A stretch of DNA of 64,000 nt from Mobula hypostoma (lineage: Eukaryota), in the NCBI RefSeq assembly GCF_963921235.1, contig NC_086118.1, forward strand, positions 22,756,001 through 22,820,000. The letters run 5' to 3'. Under the pieces are notes generated by a model. It was not told the origin of the DNA. It made no database searches and saw only the letters and a list, made by a program, of their open reading frames with translations. Shown here one piece after another: positions 52,701 through 64,000 of this stretch (position 1 is the stretch's first letter; every line of letters starts with the position of its first letter). The translations under genes and the position numbers were made by a program.

Positions 52701-53720
52701 TATAAGGTAACTGGAGAAAAACCCTAACAGGTGTATGCAACAAGTAACAAGCCATCAGCACCTTGTCCTACTTTAGCATTTAGATCTCCCATGACAATAA
52801 CAATATCTTGAGATTTGCATCCATTCTTTGCTTGTTCAAGTTCTTCATAGAATTTATCTATATCCTCATTTGTTCCATCTGTTGGTGCATATACCTGTAT
52901 AATTGCTAAATCAATGGTTGTCCTCGGAATCTAGCAAGGAGCACACTTTCTGATATTGCCCAATGTCCTAAAACACTTTTTGCCATGTTTTCCTCCATAA
53001 GAATACCTACACCATTAGTATAGGATGTTCCACAAGAATAAATTAGTGTTTTATTTCTATCCTGATATGTTCCAGCACTTATCTAACAAACTTCGCTAAT
53101 TCCCATGATGTTAATCTTTAGTCTTTCCATTTCATTTATCACATTGTCCAATCTTCCTGCTTGATATAGGGTTCTTACATTCCAAGTGGCAATAATTTTC
53201 TTTTGTGCTACTTGAATTTTATGAGCAGTAGCTTGATGACGGTCGGGGATCCCCTGCTGCCCAGAATCAACCCTACCGAGCGAAGCATCTTCAGAATTAT
53301 CTTGAAGATCCTCTTGATGCTGTTGTTGTGCGATACATTTTGTGAGTTTGACCGTAGTTTTCTTAGCAAATAGATTCTAGGAAACCTAGTATCTAGGAAC
53401 GGTAGTTTGCTATTGCCTACCGTTGGGCGAACTAAAGAAATCGCCATTTTTCTTCCCAAATGTTCATCCGCCTGTACTACAGCCATTGTCATTTGAGGTC
53501 CTAGCTCATCCGCCTTCTCCGTCATAAGTTCAGTTACTGAACCTGCTGTTGGCCTTCGCTCGTATCCTGAGCAGGAACCCTTGCAGATGCTACTGTTCTG
53601 GGTCAGAGTGGTCCTGGGAGCAATGAATGACTAAGGGGTAACTCCACTTTCCCCAAAGCTCTGAAAGTCCCCAATCACAGCCTCATCACCGGTTGCAGTT
53701 TAGAGTCATACCCAGGACAA
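49787..53720 (-). mobile_element. RTE-clade LINE, apparently full length but decayed, 11-bp TSD
   Basis: APE motifs IATWNVRTL, GDLNAKVG, YPGADCNSDH; RT motifs GKAAGPDE, HRTISLMSH, HADDTVL; (GAT)n tail; TSD gcaacaatcat at 49776-49786 and 53721-53731. Confidence 0.9.
52186..52750 (+). mobile_element. Hero-like (restriction-like endonuclease) non-LTR element, 3' end
   Basis: IILVELTVPWEEGWEEAHERNALKY...FPVEIGCRGF...AERASCWIW; CAA-rich tail; interrupts the RTE between VGQGADG and IGRFGLG. Confidence 0.8.
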
Positions 53721-53973
53721 GCAACAATCATACCAGTGCCTAAGAAGAATAATGTGGGCTGCCTTAATGACTATCACCCGCTAGCACTCACACGGACAGT
53801 GATGAAATGCTTTGAGAGGTTGGTCCTGACTAGCCTGAGCTCCTGCCTCAGCAAGAACCACAATAGGTCAACGGCAGATGCAATCTCAATGGATCTCCAC
53901 ACGGTTTTAGATCACCTGGACAACACAAACACCTACGTCAAGATGCTGTTCATCAACTATAGTTTATTCCCAT

Positions 53974-54818
53974 TGTTACGTACCCCGTAACTGGGTTGCC
54001 AAACCAGTAGAAATGGATCACTCAGTTGGAGTCTGGATTACTAGAACTAAGAAAGTTTTATTAAAGAAACAAGCAACACAGTGATCGAAAGGATAGTAAA
54101 TGCAACAGTTCAGCAATGATAAACATACATGTGCACAGAATTAAGATAACAGCATCAATCAAGCTCTATCGTTGTCTAGGGGTAAATGACCAATTTCAAA
54201 GTGCCACAAAAGTCCAGTTCGATTTAATAGTTCAGTTCGCAGTAACCGTTGCCATGGCGATGGACAACGTGGGGGGAGAGAGAGGGAGAGAGAACGGGAA
54301 TGACTGATCATTCAGAAACGGCTTCCACTCACAGACCGGCGATATTGCTCATAAGCAGCAGCTCCCGGGCGGGTCCTTTGTGATGTCACCTGAGGTCACC
54401 GACTGTGTCCCCTCCTCCAGATGCGGTTGATCCTCTGCAGTGAACCCGGCACCCAAGCGAGGGTGGACACACACCGGGTTCCCGCTGATCGTATCTTTCC
54501 GCCCTGTGCGTTTAAGGTCCGATACTTCCCACCGACTCGTGGGAGGCGCACCGCTTCCAGGGTCTCGTTACCTCGGGTGTCGTGTGTGTCCTGCCTTAGC
54601 GAACCTGTCCCTTTTTATCCCCCTGCTGGGGTATCGCCTGTCCATCACTTCAAAACAGTTCAGGGTTCAAAGGGGGAGCCGCTCCAGACAGCTCTCTCTC
54701 CCGTCCCTTCATTACACATCTCCAGATGCTGTTTCATTGTGTTCTTGAAGACAGGTGGCAGACCAACTGCTGATCACACAGGACAGCTAACATCTTATCT
54801 ATGTGTATTCTTGTCACA
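53974..54818 (-). mobile_element. Solo LTR (845 bp), probably Gypsy-type
   Basis: TGT...ACA termini; 4-bp TSD ccat (53970-53973 and 54819-54822); AATAAA on the minus strand near 54060; splits the RT of Rex1 element B. Confidence 0.8.
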
Positions 54819-56311
54819 CCATAATCCTGACTGAGAAGTTAGAACCTGGGCCTCTGTGCCTCCCTCTGCAATTGGATCCTCGACTTCCTAACCAGAAGAC
54901 CACAATCTGTGTGAATTGGTGATAACATATCCTCCTTGCTGACGATCAACACTGGCGCACCTCAGGGGTGCGTGCTTAGCCCACTGCTCTACTCTCAATA
55001 TACACATAACTGCATGGCTAGGCATAGCTCAAATACCATCTATAAATTTGCTGATGATACAACCATTGTTGGTAGAATCTCAGGTGGTGACAAGAGGGCG
55101 TACAGGAGTGAGATATGCCAACTAGTGGAGTGGTGCCACAGCAACAACCTGGCACTCAACGTCAGTAAGACAAAAGAACTGATTGTGGACTTCAGGAAGG
55201 GTAAGACGAAGGAACACATACCAATCCTCATAGAGGGATCAGAAGTGGAGAGAGTGAGCAGTTTCAAGTTCCTGGGTGTCAAGATCTCTGAGGATCTAAC
55301 CTGGTCCCAACATATCAATGTAGTTATAAAGAAGGCAAGACAGCAGCTATACTTCATAAGAAATTTGATGAGATTTGGCATGTCAACAAATACACTCAAA
55401 AACTTCTATAGTTGTACCATGGAGAGCATTCTGGCAGACTGCATCACTGTCTGGTATAGAAGGGCTACTGCACAGGACCAAAAGAAGCTAGTAAATCTAG
55501 TCAGCTCCATTTTGGGTATTAGCCTACAAAGTACCCAGGACATCTTTAGGGAGCGGTGTCTCAGAAAGACAGCGTCCATTATTAAGGACCTCCAGCACCC
55601 AGGGCATGCCCTTTTCTCACTGTTACCATCAGGTAGGAGGTACAGAAGCTTGAAGGCACACACTCAGCAATTCAGGAACAGCTTCTTCCCCGATTCCTAA
55701 ATGGACATTGAATCTTTGGACATTACCTCACTTCAGAAAAAACAGTATTTCTGTTTTTGTACGTTTTTTAAATCTATTCAATATATATAATTGATTTACT
55801 TGTTTATTATAACTATTTTTAAATTTTATATATTATTATTATTATTATTATTTTTCTCTCTGATAGATTATGTATTACATTGAACTGCTGCTGCTAAGTT
55901 AACAAATTTCACATCACATGCCGATGATAATAAACATGATTCTGATTCTGATTCTGAATGGAGAAGTCGGGAGAATACACGCCAATACTGAATGAGGTAT
56001 CAGCGCTGGAAAGGATGAGTAGCTTCCAGTTCCTGGATACCAGCATCTGAGAGGATCTATCCTGGGCCCAACATATTGATGCAATCATATTGAAGGCACA
56101 TTATTGGCTGCACTTCATTAGGAGTTTGAGAAGATTTTGTATATCACTGAAGTCTCTTGAAAATTTCTGCAGATGTACTGTGGAGAGCATTCTGATTGGT
56201 CTCATTACCATGTGGTGTGGCGGTTCCAGTGCACAGGATCAAAAAAGGCTGAAAAATGTTATAAACCTTCCCAATTCCAGCACAGACACATGCCTCCCTA
56301 CCATCAAGAAC

Positions 56312-57868
56312 TTCAAATTTCAAAGTTTAAATTAAATTTATTATCAAAGTACATATAGTATATGTCACCATATATAACCCCGAGATTCAGTTTCTTGCAA
56401 GCAATCAGAATAAATGCAAGAAAAACAATGGAATCAATGAAAGACCAATCTCAACAGGATGGACAAACAACCAATGTACAAAAAAGAATAAACTATTCAA
56501 ACACCAGAAGAAAGAGAAAAAAGAAATAATAATAATAATTATTATTATCATAGAGTTTGACAGTAAAAATATACCAAAGGCAAAAAAAAAAACCTTTGCT
56601 ATACCTATATTAGTGTATTCTTTTGGCATAATACCTTTGTTATAAACCGCTCTGGAAAATTTACTAAGTGAAATAAGAACTGAAACAACAAGTTTCAGAA
56701 AACGTTATGTACATTCAAATACACTTGGATTAACAGTACCTAAGACAGAAGGGGGAAAAGGAATGGCAGACATTAAAAATCTACACAACAGTCAGATAAA
56801 ACTTTGAAGGATATACTTTCATCCACAGAAACAGGAATCTGCACTCCATGCGAGCATATGCAATTCTGATAAGAAGTATACACCACTAAGCTTAAATGAG
56901 AGCACAACCCAGAAAGATGAAGACATTATCACTACTGAAGAACAGGTTAACCAATGGAAGGGCATGATCCTCCATGGAAAACAACCCCATGATCTGAGAA
57001 AACTAGACAATTGATGGGTAATAACCTTTCCTGAATCTGGTGTTGTGGTTCCTGAGGCTCCTGCACCTCCTTCCTAATGGCAGCAATGAGAAGATAGCAT
57101 GGCCTGGATGGTGTGGGTCCTTGACAATGAATGCTGCTTTCCTGTTACAGCACTCCATGTCGATGGGCTCAATGGTGGGGAGGATTTTTCCTGTAGTGGA
57201 CTGGGCTATATCCATTACTTTTCATAGGCTTTTCCATATAAGGGCATTGGCATTTCGATGCCAGGCTGTGATGCAACAGTCAATCTACTCTCCACCACAC
57301 ACCTGTGGAAGTTCACCACATTTTTAGATGATATGCTGATTTTCCCAAACTTCTAAGAAAATAGAGGTGCTGCTGTGCTTTCTTTGTAATGGCAGTTACG
57401 TACTAGACCCAGGACTGATCCTTTGAATTGATAAGATCAAGGAATTTAAAGTTGCTGATCGTCTCCACCTCGGACCTCCTGATGAGGACTGGCTCATGGA
57501 CCTTTGGTACCTCCTCCAGATGTCAATTATTAGCTCCTTGATTTTTCCAACATTGAGTGAGAGGTTGTTGCTGTGGCACCACTGAGCCACGTTTTCAATC
57601 TCACTCCGAGATGCTGATTTGTTATCACCTTTGATTTGGCCTACAACAGCGGTGCTGTCAGCAAACTTGAATATGGCATTGGAGAGGTGCTTCGAGCGGG
57701 GAGCTAAGTACATAACCTTGTGGTGCACCTGTGCTAATGGAGATTGTGGAAGAGATGTTGTTACCATTTCAAACTGACTAGTGTCTGCAAGTGAGGAAAC
57801 TGAGGATCCAGTTGCACAAGGTGGTATTGAGGCCAAGGTTTTGAAGCTGATTAATTAGTTTTGAGAGA
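56312..57868 (-). mobile_element. Rex1/Babar-like LINE (element C), antisense, nested in element A
   Basis: IFKFADSTAVVG..LNVGKIKELIID (ORF 57396..57836), KDPHHPGHAIFSLLPLGRR (ORF 57003..57215); 3' UTR with AATAAA at ~56340. Confidence 0.75.
56550..57005 (+). mobile_element. R4/Dong-like non-LTR element, internal fragment
   Basis: Frame-broken SKNIPKA..TFAIPILVYSFGII...LTVPKTEGGKGMADIKNLH...QWKGMILHG resembles the post-RT region of the R4/Dong clade. Confidence 0.6.
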
Positions 57869-60737
57869 GTTCTTTAAAAGGCTGTGCCTCCAGAAGGAGG
57901 CATCTAACGTGAAGGACCTTCACCATCCAGGACATTCCTGCTTCCTGTCGTAACCATCAGGGAGGATGTAAAGGAGCCTGAAGGCCCACACTCAATGTTT
58001 TAGGAACAGCTTCTTCCCCAGCCATCAGATTTCTGAGTGATCCACGAGCACCACCTCACTATTCCTTTCTTTCACTATTTATTTATTTGTTTATTTGTTT
58101 ACTATTGTAACTACAGTATTTTTTATCTCTTGCACTGTGGTGCTGCCATAAATCAACAAATTTCATGATATATGTCAGTAATAGTAAACCTGATTCTGAT
58201 TCTAATGTGGTATTCTTATTCTTGCCGATTATGCACTGGAATAATTATTTTTTAAATGGGTTAACATAATTATTAAGATTTTGATTTTCAATTCATTAAT
58301 TCTTATGGTGTCTGTAGGATTTATTAGGGAGAAACAATTTTTGCCATTGGTTGTAATTGGTTCTCAAATGTGAGACCTAAACTCACTGTGTGGTTGACAT
58401 CTGCAAAAATATATTGGCTAAAAATTATTTGGTTAAAAATATATATTTGGTGACAAATTGATTAGAAATCCAAAGTTGGTCTTTAAATTGTATTCTCATG
58501 TTGTTAATGGGTGAAGCTGGTTAACTTGTTTTACGTAGGTCAAGCTTCCTGGCATGAGGTTATCAGGCGAGTGTACAGTGGGGTTAACAGGGCAGAGTGC
58601 ACATTCAGGTTATCAAACTCTTCTTTGGGCAGAGACCGAGTCTGATATGCTCTTACCTATTAGATAAGGAATACCATCTCAGTATTTGGAGATAAAAAGA
58701 TTACTTACAGTCACCAAATCAGTAGCAAAGTTATTCTTAAAATCTTGAACTTTGAATAGGTGACATGTCCACATTCCTATAATTGTGAATATTGTAAATA
58801 TTGCCATAAAATACAGAAACAGTCTTCTTGGCTTATCATGTCCATTCTGGCCATCAATTTCCCATCTGTATTGATCTCACTTAGCAGAACTTGCTCTATG
58901 GCCTTCTGTGTTTTGGCCATTCAAATGTTGTTCTAGATCTTTCTTCAATGTTGTTGGACTATCTACATTCCCCACCCACTTATGCAGCATATTCCCGATT
59001 TCAAACACCCTTTGAGTGAAAATACTTCCCCTTCAGATCCCTCCAGACTTACCCTTACCTTAAACTAAGTCTTGTTTGGACACCTCCGTTGTGAGGAAAT
59101 ACCCTGTCTTTACCCTGCAAAGAAGTATACTATTGGTGACCCAAGCAATGCTCCAGCACTGACTGATACCCAGAGAAAGCCCATATTCCCACCTTTGTTT
59201 TTGAAATGCCCAACAAATTTCAATCCATGCTAGTATATTTCTCCCATTCCATTATGCTTCAATATTTCACATTAAACTCTTACGTGGGTCTCCATCAAAG
59301 GCTTTCTGAAAATCCAAACAAATCCCACCCAGAGGTTAAGGAAAGAAACAAGCTCCATTCTTATGTGATTGTGAGTATTTCGACAGTGTAAACACCCCCT
59401 CTTCTATTTACATCACTTTTCATCTCCCTGCCATCTTCCTGATTGCTATAGGTGCATGGAGAGAAGTCCCTCACGGTGTAGATGTTCTTTTCAAGAATTT
59501 AATTTTCTTAGCTGACAGGGTGTTTCAGAGGAGATGCTACTAATTTAGAGGAGCCCAGATGGGACTGAAAGGTCCCCTTCCTTGTTATCATTCTGTGGTT
59601 GTATTATTCTGTGATTTTGGAGGTGTGAAAAAACAGAATGTCAACTTCATAGAATGACGTAAGTAACTACTTATGCAAGAATGTACTTCAGATTTTATTG
59701 TCTATTGTGTGTTGACTCTTCATAAATATTTTTGCTTATAAAACATCTACACATCCTGTCCTTACAAGTATGCTGTAGCATCTCAGTACCATTTCAGATG
59801 GAATGGTATCACTCTCTATTTCAAGTGGTCTGAGATTGTCATATTATTTAATCTCTAGTGGAACACAGTTTCCATTTATCAATTTAACTAGGAGTCTATG
59901 TGGCCTGCCTGCCTCCCAGCTGCAGTGAAAACATCAGTTATGGTTGAGTCTGACAAAGCACTTAACAAATGACAACAGTTGAGAATTCCTTATTCTGTGG
60001 TGATTTGTCTTTACTCAAAGTTGGAGATTAGAAAGACCTAAATGTAAAAGATGATAATACAGTGGTCTTTCTCTCAGCCGCTCCATGCTGCATGCTGATA
60101 AGTGATTGTTCACAAACATTCCAGAAGTCAGTCTGCAGATGATTTGACAAATCCTGACTGTAATAACTTCATAGCTGAGAAAACATACGTCTAAGAAAAA
60201 ATTCTGCTGACTATTTGTACTGTAACTGCAGCTTTCTCTTTGATGTTATACTATTTTTTTCATTCCCTCTCCCCTTACCTGATCAAACAGAAATTCAGTT
60301 TAGGCTCTTTCATCACCCTTTTATTTGTCTTGTATTTGTGTCAGCTATTTGACTGAATTTTAATCTGCTTCATAATCAATATTCGAGTTGCATTTCAGAT
60401 GAACAAATACAATTCAACAGTTAGAATATGATTTCACTTCAAGCGCGTTAAAAAAATCCACAGTTACAAAGAAGTGACATTATACGCAGATAACTTAAAT
60501 AAATGCAGTTCTCTGCAGCTCCACCCCCTTTTTAACTTGTACTGTCATTACTTTGTTTGTTTGCTGTGGAAGACTGAGTTACCTGCATCAGTGCCACTGA
60601 CGAAATGACATTCTATAAATAAATATATCCTTGAGTCACAATGAGATTTTTATTGGAGGAGCTCTGTATTTGCTTGCATTTGAAATGCTGTTCTAATGGT
60701 TTTCAATTCAGCAATATCCAACCACTTAGCATTTCCA

Positions 60738-61100
60738 AACACGAGGAATTCTGCAGATGCTGGAAATTCAAGCAATACACATCAAAGTTGCTGGTGAATG
60801 CAGCAGGTCAGGCAGCATCTCTAGGAAGAGGTACAGTCAACGTTTCGGGCCGAGACCCTTCGTCAGGAATAAATGAAGGAAGAGCTAGTAAGTGATTTGA
60901 AAGTGAGAGGGGGAGGGGGAGATCCAAAATGGTAGGAGAAGACAGGAGGGGGAGGGATGGAGCCAAGAGCTGGACAGGTGATTGACAAAAGGGATATGAG
61001 AGGATCATGGGACAGGAGGCCCAGGGAGAAGGAAAAGGGGGAGGGGGGGAAAAACCAGAGGGTGGGCAAGGGGTATAGTGAGAGGGACAGAGGGAGAAAA

Positions 61101-61185
<85 letters not shown>

Positions 61186-62335
61186 AAAAGAATGTGTGTA
61201 TATAAATAAATAATGGATGGGCTACGAGGGGGAGGTGGGTCATTAGCGGAAGTTTGAGAAGTCAATGTTCATGCCATCAGGTTGGAGGCTACCCAGACGG
61301 AATATAAGGTGTTGTTCCTCCAATCTTTGTCCTTATCTACCACTCCACCAGCCTCCGGGTCCAACATATTATTCTCTGTAACTTCCGCCACCTCCAACGG
61401 GATCCCACCACTAAGCACATTTTTCCCTCCCCCGCCTGCTTTCTAGAGGAATTACTCCCTACGCGACTCCCTTGTCCATTCATCACCCCCATCCCTCCCC
61501 ACCGATCTCCCTCCTGGCACTTATCCTTGTAAGCGGAACAAGTGCTACACATGCTCTTACACTTCCTCCCTCACCACCATTCAGGGCCCCAGACAGTCCT
61601 TCCAGGTGAGGCGACACTTCACCTGTGAGTCGGCTGGGGTGATATACTGCGTTCGGTGCTCTCGATGTGGCCTTCTATATATTGGCGAGACCCGACGCAG
61701 ACTGGGAGATCATTTCGCTGAACACCTACACTCTGTCCGCCAGAGAAAGCAGGATCTCCCAGTGGCCACACGTTTTAATTCCACGTACCATTCCCATTCT
61801 GATATGTCTATCCACGGCCTCCTCTACTGTAAAGATGAAGCTACACTCAGGTTGGAGGAACAACAGCTTATAGTCCATCTGGCTAGCCTCCAACCTGATG
61901 GCATGAACATTGACTTCTCTAACTTCCGCTAATGCCCCACCTCCCCCTCATACCCCATCTGTTATTTATTTATATACACACATTCTTTTTCTCTCTCTCT
62001 CCTTTTTCTCCCTCTGTCCCTCTGACTGTACCCCTTGCCCATCCTCTGGGTTTTCCCTCCCTTCCCCCTTTTCCTTCTCCCTGGGCCTCCTGTCCCATGA
62101 TCCTCTCATATCCCTCTTGCCAATCACCTGTCCAGCTCTTGGCTCCATCCCTCCCCCTCCTGTCTTCTCCTATCATTTTGGATCTCCCCCTCCCCCTCCC
62201 GCTTTCAAATCTCTTACTAGCTCTTCCTTCAGTTAGTCCTGACGAAGGGTCTCGGCCTGAAACGTCAACTGTACCTCTTCCTAGAGATGCTGCCTGGCCT
62301 GCTGCGTTCACCAGCAACTTTGATGTGTGTTACAA
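60738..62335 (+). mobile_element. Penelope-like element with inverted arm, 10-bp TSD
   Basis: Plus arm 61324-62331 encodes GVIYCVRCSRCGLLYIGETRRRLGDHFAEH; minus arm 60738-61323 is its inverted 3' copy; TSD agcatttcca at 60728-60737 and 62336-62345; hammerhead-like motifs at ~60834-60870 (-) and ~62234-62271 (+). Confidence 0.9.
61102..61179. repeat. (GA)n microsatellite inside the Penelope minus arm
   Basis: About 39 GA units with one GC interruption. Confidence 0.95.
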
Positions 62336-63377
62336 AGCATTTCCAGAGTGTTTGAGTATGAATCTGGACATTTTGGAGCCCTAGTTTTGAATTTCAGAGT
62401 TTTCGTGACACCAACTGCATGTCACTATTTTTCACAATTTGTATATGTATTTACCAAGGCCTTAGCAATGTGTGGATAGTAAATTTTAGTCAATTTAAAG
62501 TAAATTTATCTTCATCATATCATGACAATACTAACATCATATCCCCCATGCCTCAATATCCTGCTAGTCCCCAGTGATTAGAAATCCAGCTGGACCAACC
62601 ACTTAACAAAGTATGTTAGAGCCTGAGTTTTCTGGGATAAGTAAGCCATTTCCTAATTCCTGAAGTTTTTTTTTAATATTAAAAAACACCAAGCAGGGAG
62701 TTACGAAAACCTGCTTCTGTTCTGGATGAACACATTTTCAAGAATATTTAAGAAATTACTCAGAAATCTCATTCAGCATTAAGTAGCATGTTTGATTTAC
62801 ATTGTATCGACTGTCTCAAAAGCTCATACAGCAGTTGAAATGTACAGAATCTACAAGGTGCATTGCAGCAATCAGATAAGATTTCTCCACAGGTAGCTCT
62901 TAGCAAAACCTAAATATAGACCTAAACAGACCATAGGCGATATGAGTACACTCCCACCTTCATGATCTCCTCCAAGTCACATACCGTTCTGACATTGAAT
63001 CTACAATGTCATCTTGTCATCGAGTCAATATCCTGGAGCTTTCTCCCTAGCAGGACTAATGGAATGCCTTTGCCATACAGTTGCCAGTAGTTGCATCAAC
63101 ATTAATGTCCAAGGACCTTGTCCACCGACAGCAGGAACTGGGGTGAATCATCAGAGACAGAGACAGTTAACACTTGCCTAAAGAAACCCTTTGAATATCT
63201 CCTCCACCACAACTCTATCCTTATTGTCAATATCCTTGATTCAGTCTCACAGGCTTGCTACCATATCTGACCAACAAGAAATCAAGAAGGACATATCCTA
63301 ACTCAAAAGTAAGAAGGCCTCATGAGAAGATGATATCCCTGGTCAAATCCTCAAACTTGGTGGTCAAGAGCTTCAGT

Positions 63378-64000
63378 CTTTCTTTTTCTTTTTAAATCTT
63401 TTTATTGAGTAAGTATACAAAAAAGGTAAGCCATATAAACATTAATACAATGTTAAAGTATAATAAAATTCCAAAAGATATCAATACCAAAAAAAATACT
63501 ACAAACAATGTAATTTAAACATAAGAAACCAAGATAACATAATAGTATACTAAATTTTATATATATCAATGGAAAAAAAAAGAAAACCCCCCCCCCCAAA
63601 AAAAACCCACCGTGCAGCTAACTAAAAGCAAGGCAAAGCAATGGGCTAACTTGAAACCAAACAGAGTTAAACTTAAAATCACGTCCTCAATCCCGACCTC
63701 CATTAAAAACAGTGAAAAAAAAACAAGAAGGGTAAATATTACATTAAATGAAAATATCGAATAAAAGGTCCCCAAATCTGTTCAAATTTAAATGAAGAAT
63801 CATAAAGGTTACTTCTAATTTTCTCCAAATTCAAACATAAAATCGTCTGAGAAAACCAAAAAAAGGTAGTTGGAGCATTAAGCTCTTTCCAATGTTGTAA
63901 AATACATCTTTTCGCCATTAAAGTAAGAAATGCAATCATTCTACGGGCTGAAGGGGAAAGATTACTAGAAATTTTAGGTAGTCCAAAGATAGCAGTAATA
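63378..64000 (-). mobile_element. L1-clade LINE 3' end (continues beyond the window)
   Basis: ORF2 C-terminus AKRCILQHWKELNAPT..LNLEKIR..FEQIWGPF; AATAAA (63406-63401) followed by an A-rich tail. Confidence 0.8.

Larger units (their letters stand above)
48598..55956 (+). mobile_element. Younger Rex1/Babar-like LINE (element B, APE-RT) in pieces 48598-49786, 53721-53973, 54819-55956
   Basis: APE motifs GDFN and [59 protein letters not shown]; (gattct)n tail. Confidence 0.9.
48370..58203 (+). mobile_element. Old Rex1/Babar-like LINE (element A) in three pieces: ~48370-48597, 55957-56311, 57870-58203
   Basis: The RT sequence joins across the gaps: ...ELIVDFR | EKSGEYTPIL...PTIKN | FFKRLCLQK...HHPGH; (gattct)n tail ends at 58203. 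Confidence 0.75.

Noticed and set aside
54116..54834. ORFs inside the 845-bp insert
   Set aside because: They lie within a solo LTR and show no gag/pol motifs.
60863..61265. ORFs with (SL)n or (ER)n runs
   Set aside because: Translations of the (GA)n microsatellite.
37000..64000. Divergent paralog HS3ST3B1 exon 1
   Set aside because: No second GVKKGGT-type ORF in the ORF track; if linked, it lies outside the window.

Overview
Vertebrate genomic DNA, most likely from a cartilaginous fish such as a ray or skate. That assignment is inferred from the repeat set: V-domain tRNA SINEs plus abundant CR1, Rex1/Babar and Penelope-like elements. The only host gene is coding exon 1 of a heparan sulfate 3-O-sulfotransferase, best matching HS3ST3A1 (minus strand, 36444..35915, phase-2 GT donor). 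Its promoter has CCAAT and GC boxes and lies in a CpG-rich, repeat-free domain of about 9.5 kb. Exon 2 was not found, so 1..35914 is presumably intron 1. The rest is decayed transposable elements: CR1, Rex1/Babar, RTE, Hero, R4/Dong and L1 LINEs, Penelope-like (GIY-YIG) elements, Tc1 deletion derivatives, a solo LTR and SINEs. Highlights: (i) several minimal hammerhead ribozyme motifs in the Penelope-like terminal repeats; (ii) three or four TSD-bounded inverted Penelope insertions in which only the short arm carries the terminal tail; (iii) a seven-element nested TE stack at 48.4-58.2 kb; (iv) a non-coding CpG-rich retroposon with a YY1-type head. No new protein-coding system is supported; most ORFs in the track are TE fragments or antisense shadows. 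Family calls come from motif recognition by eye, not database searches.
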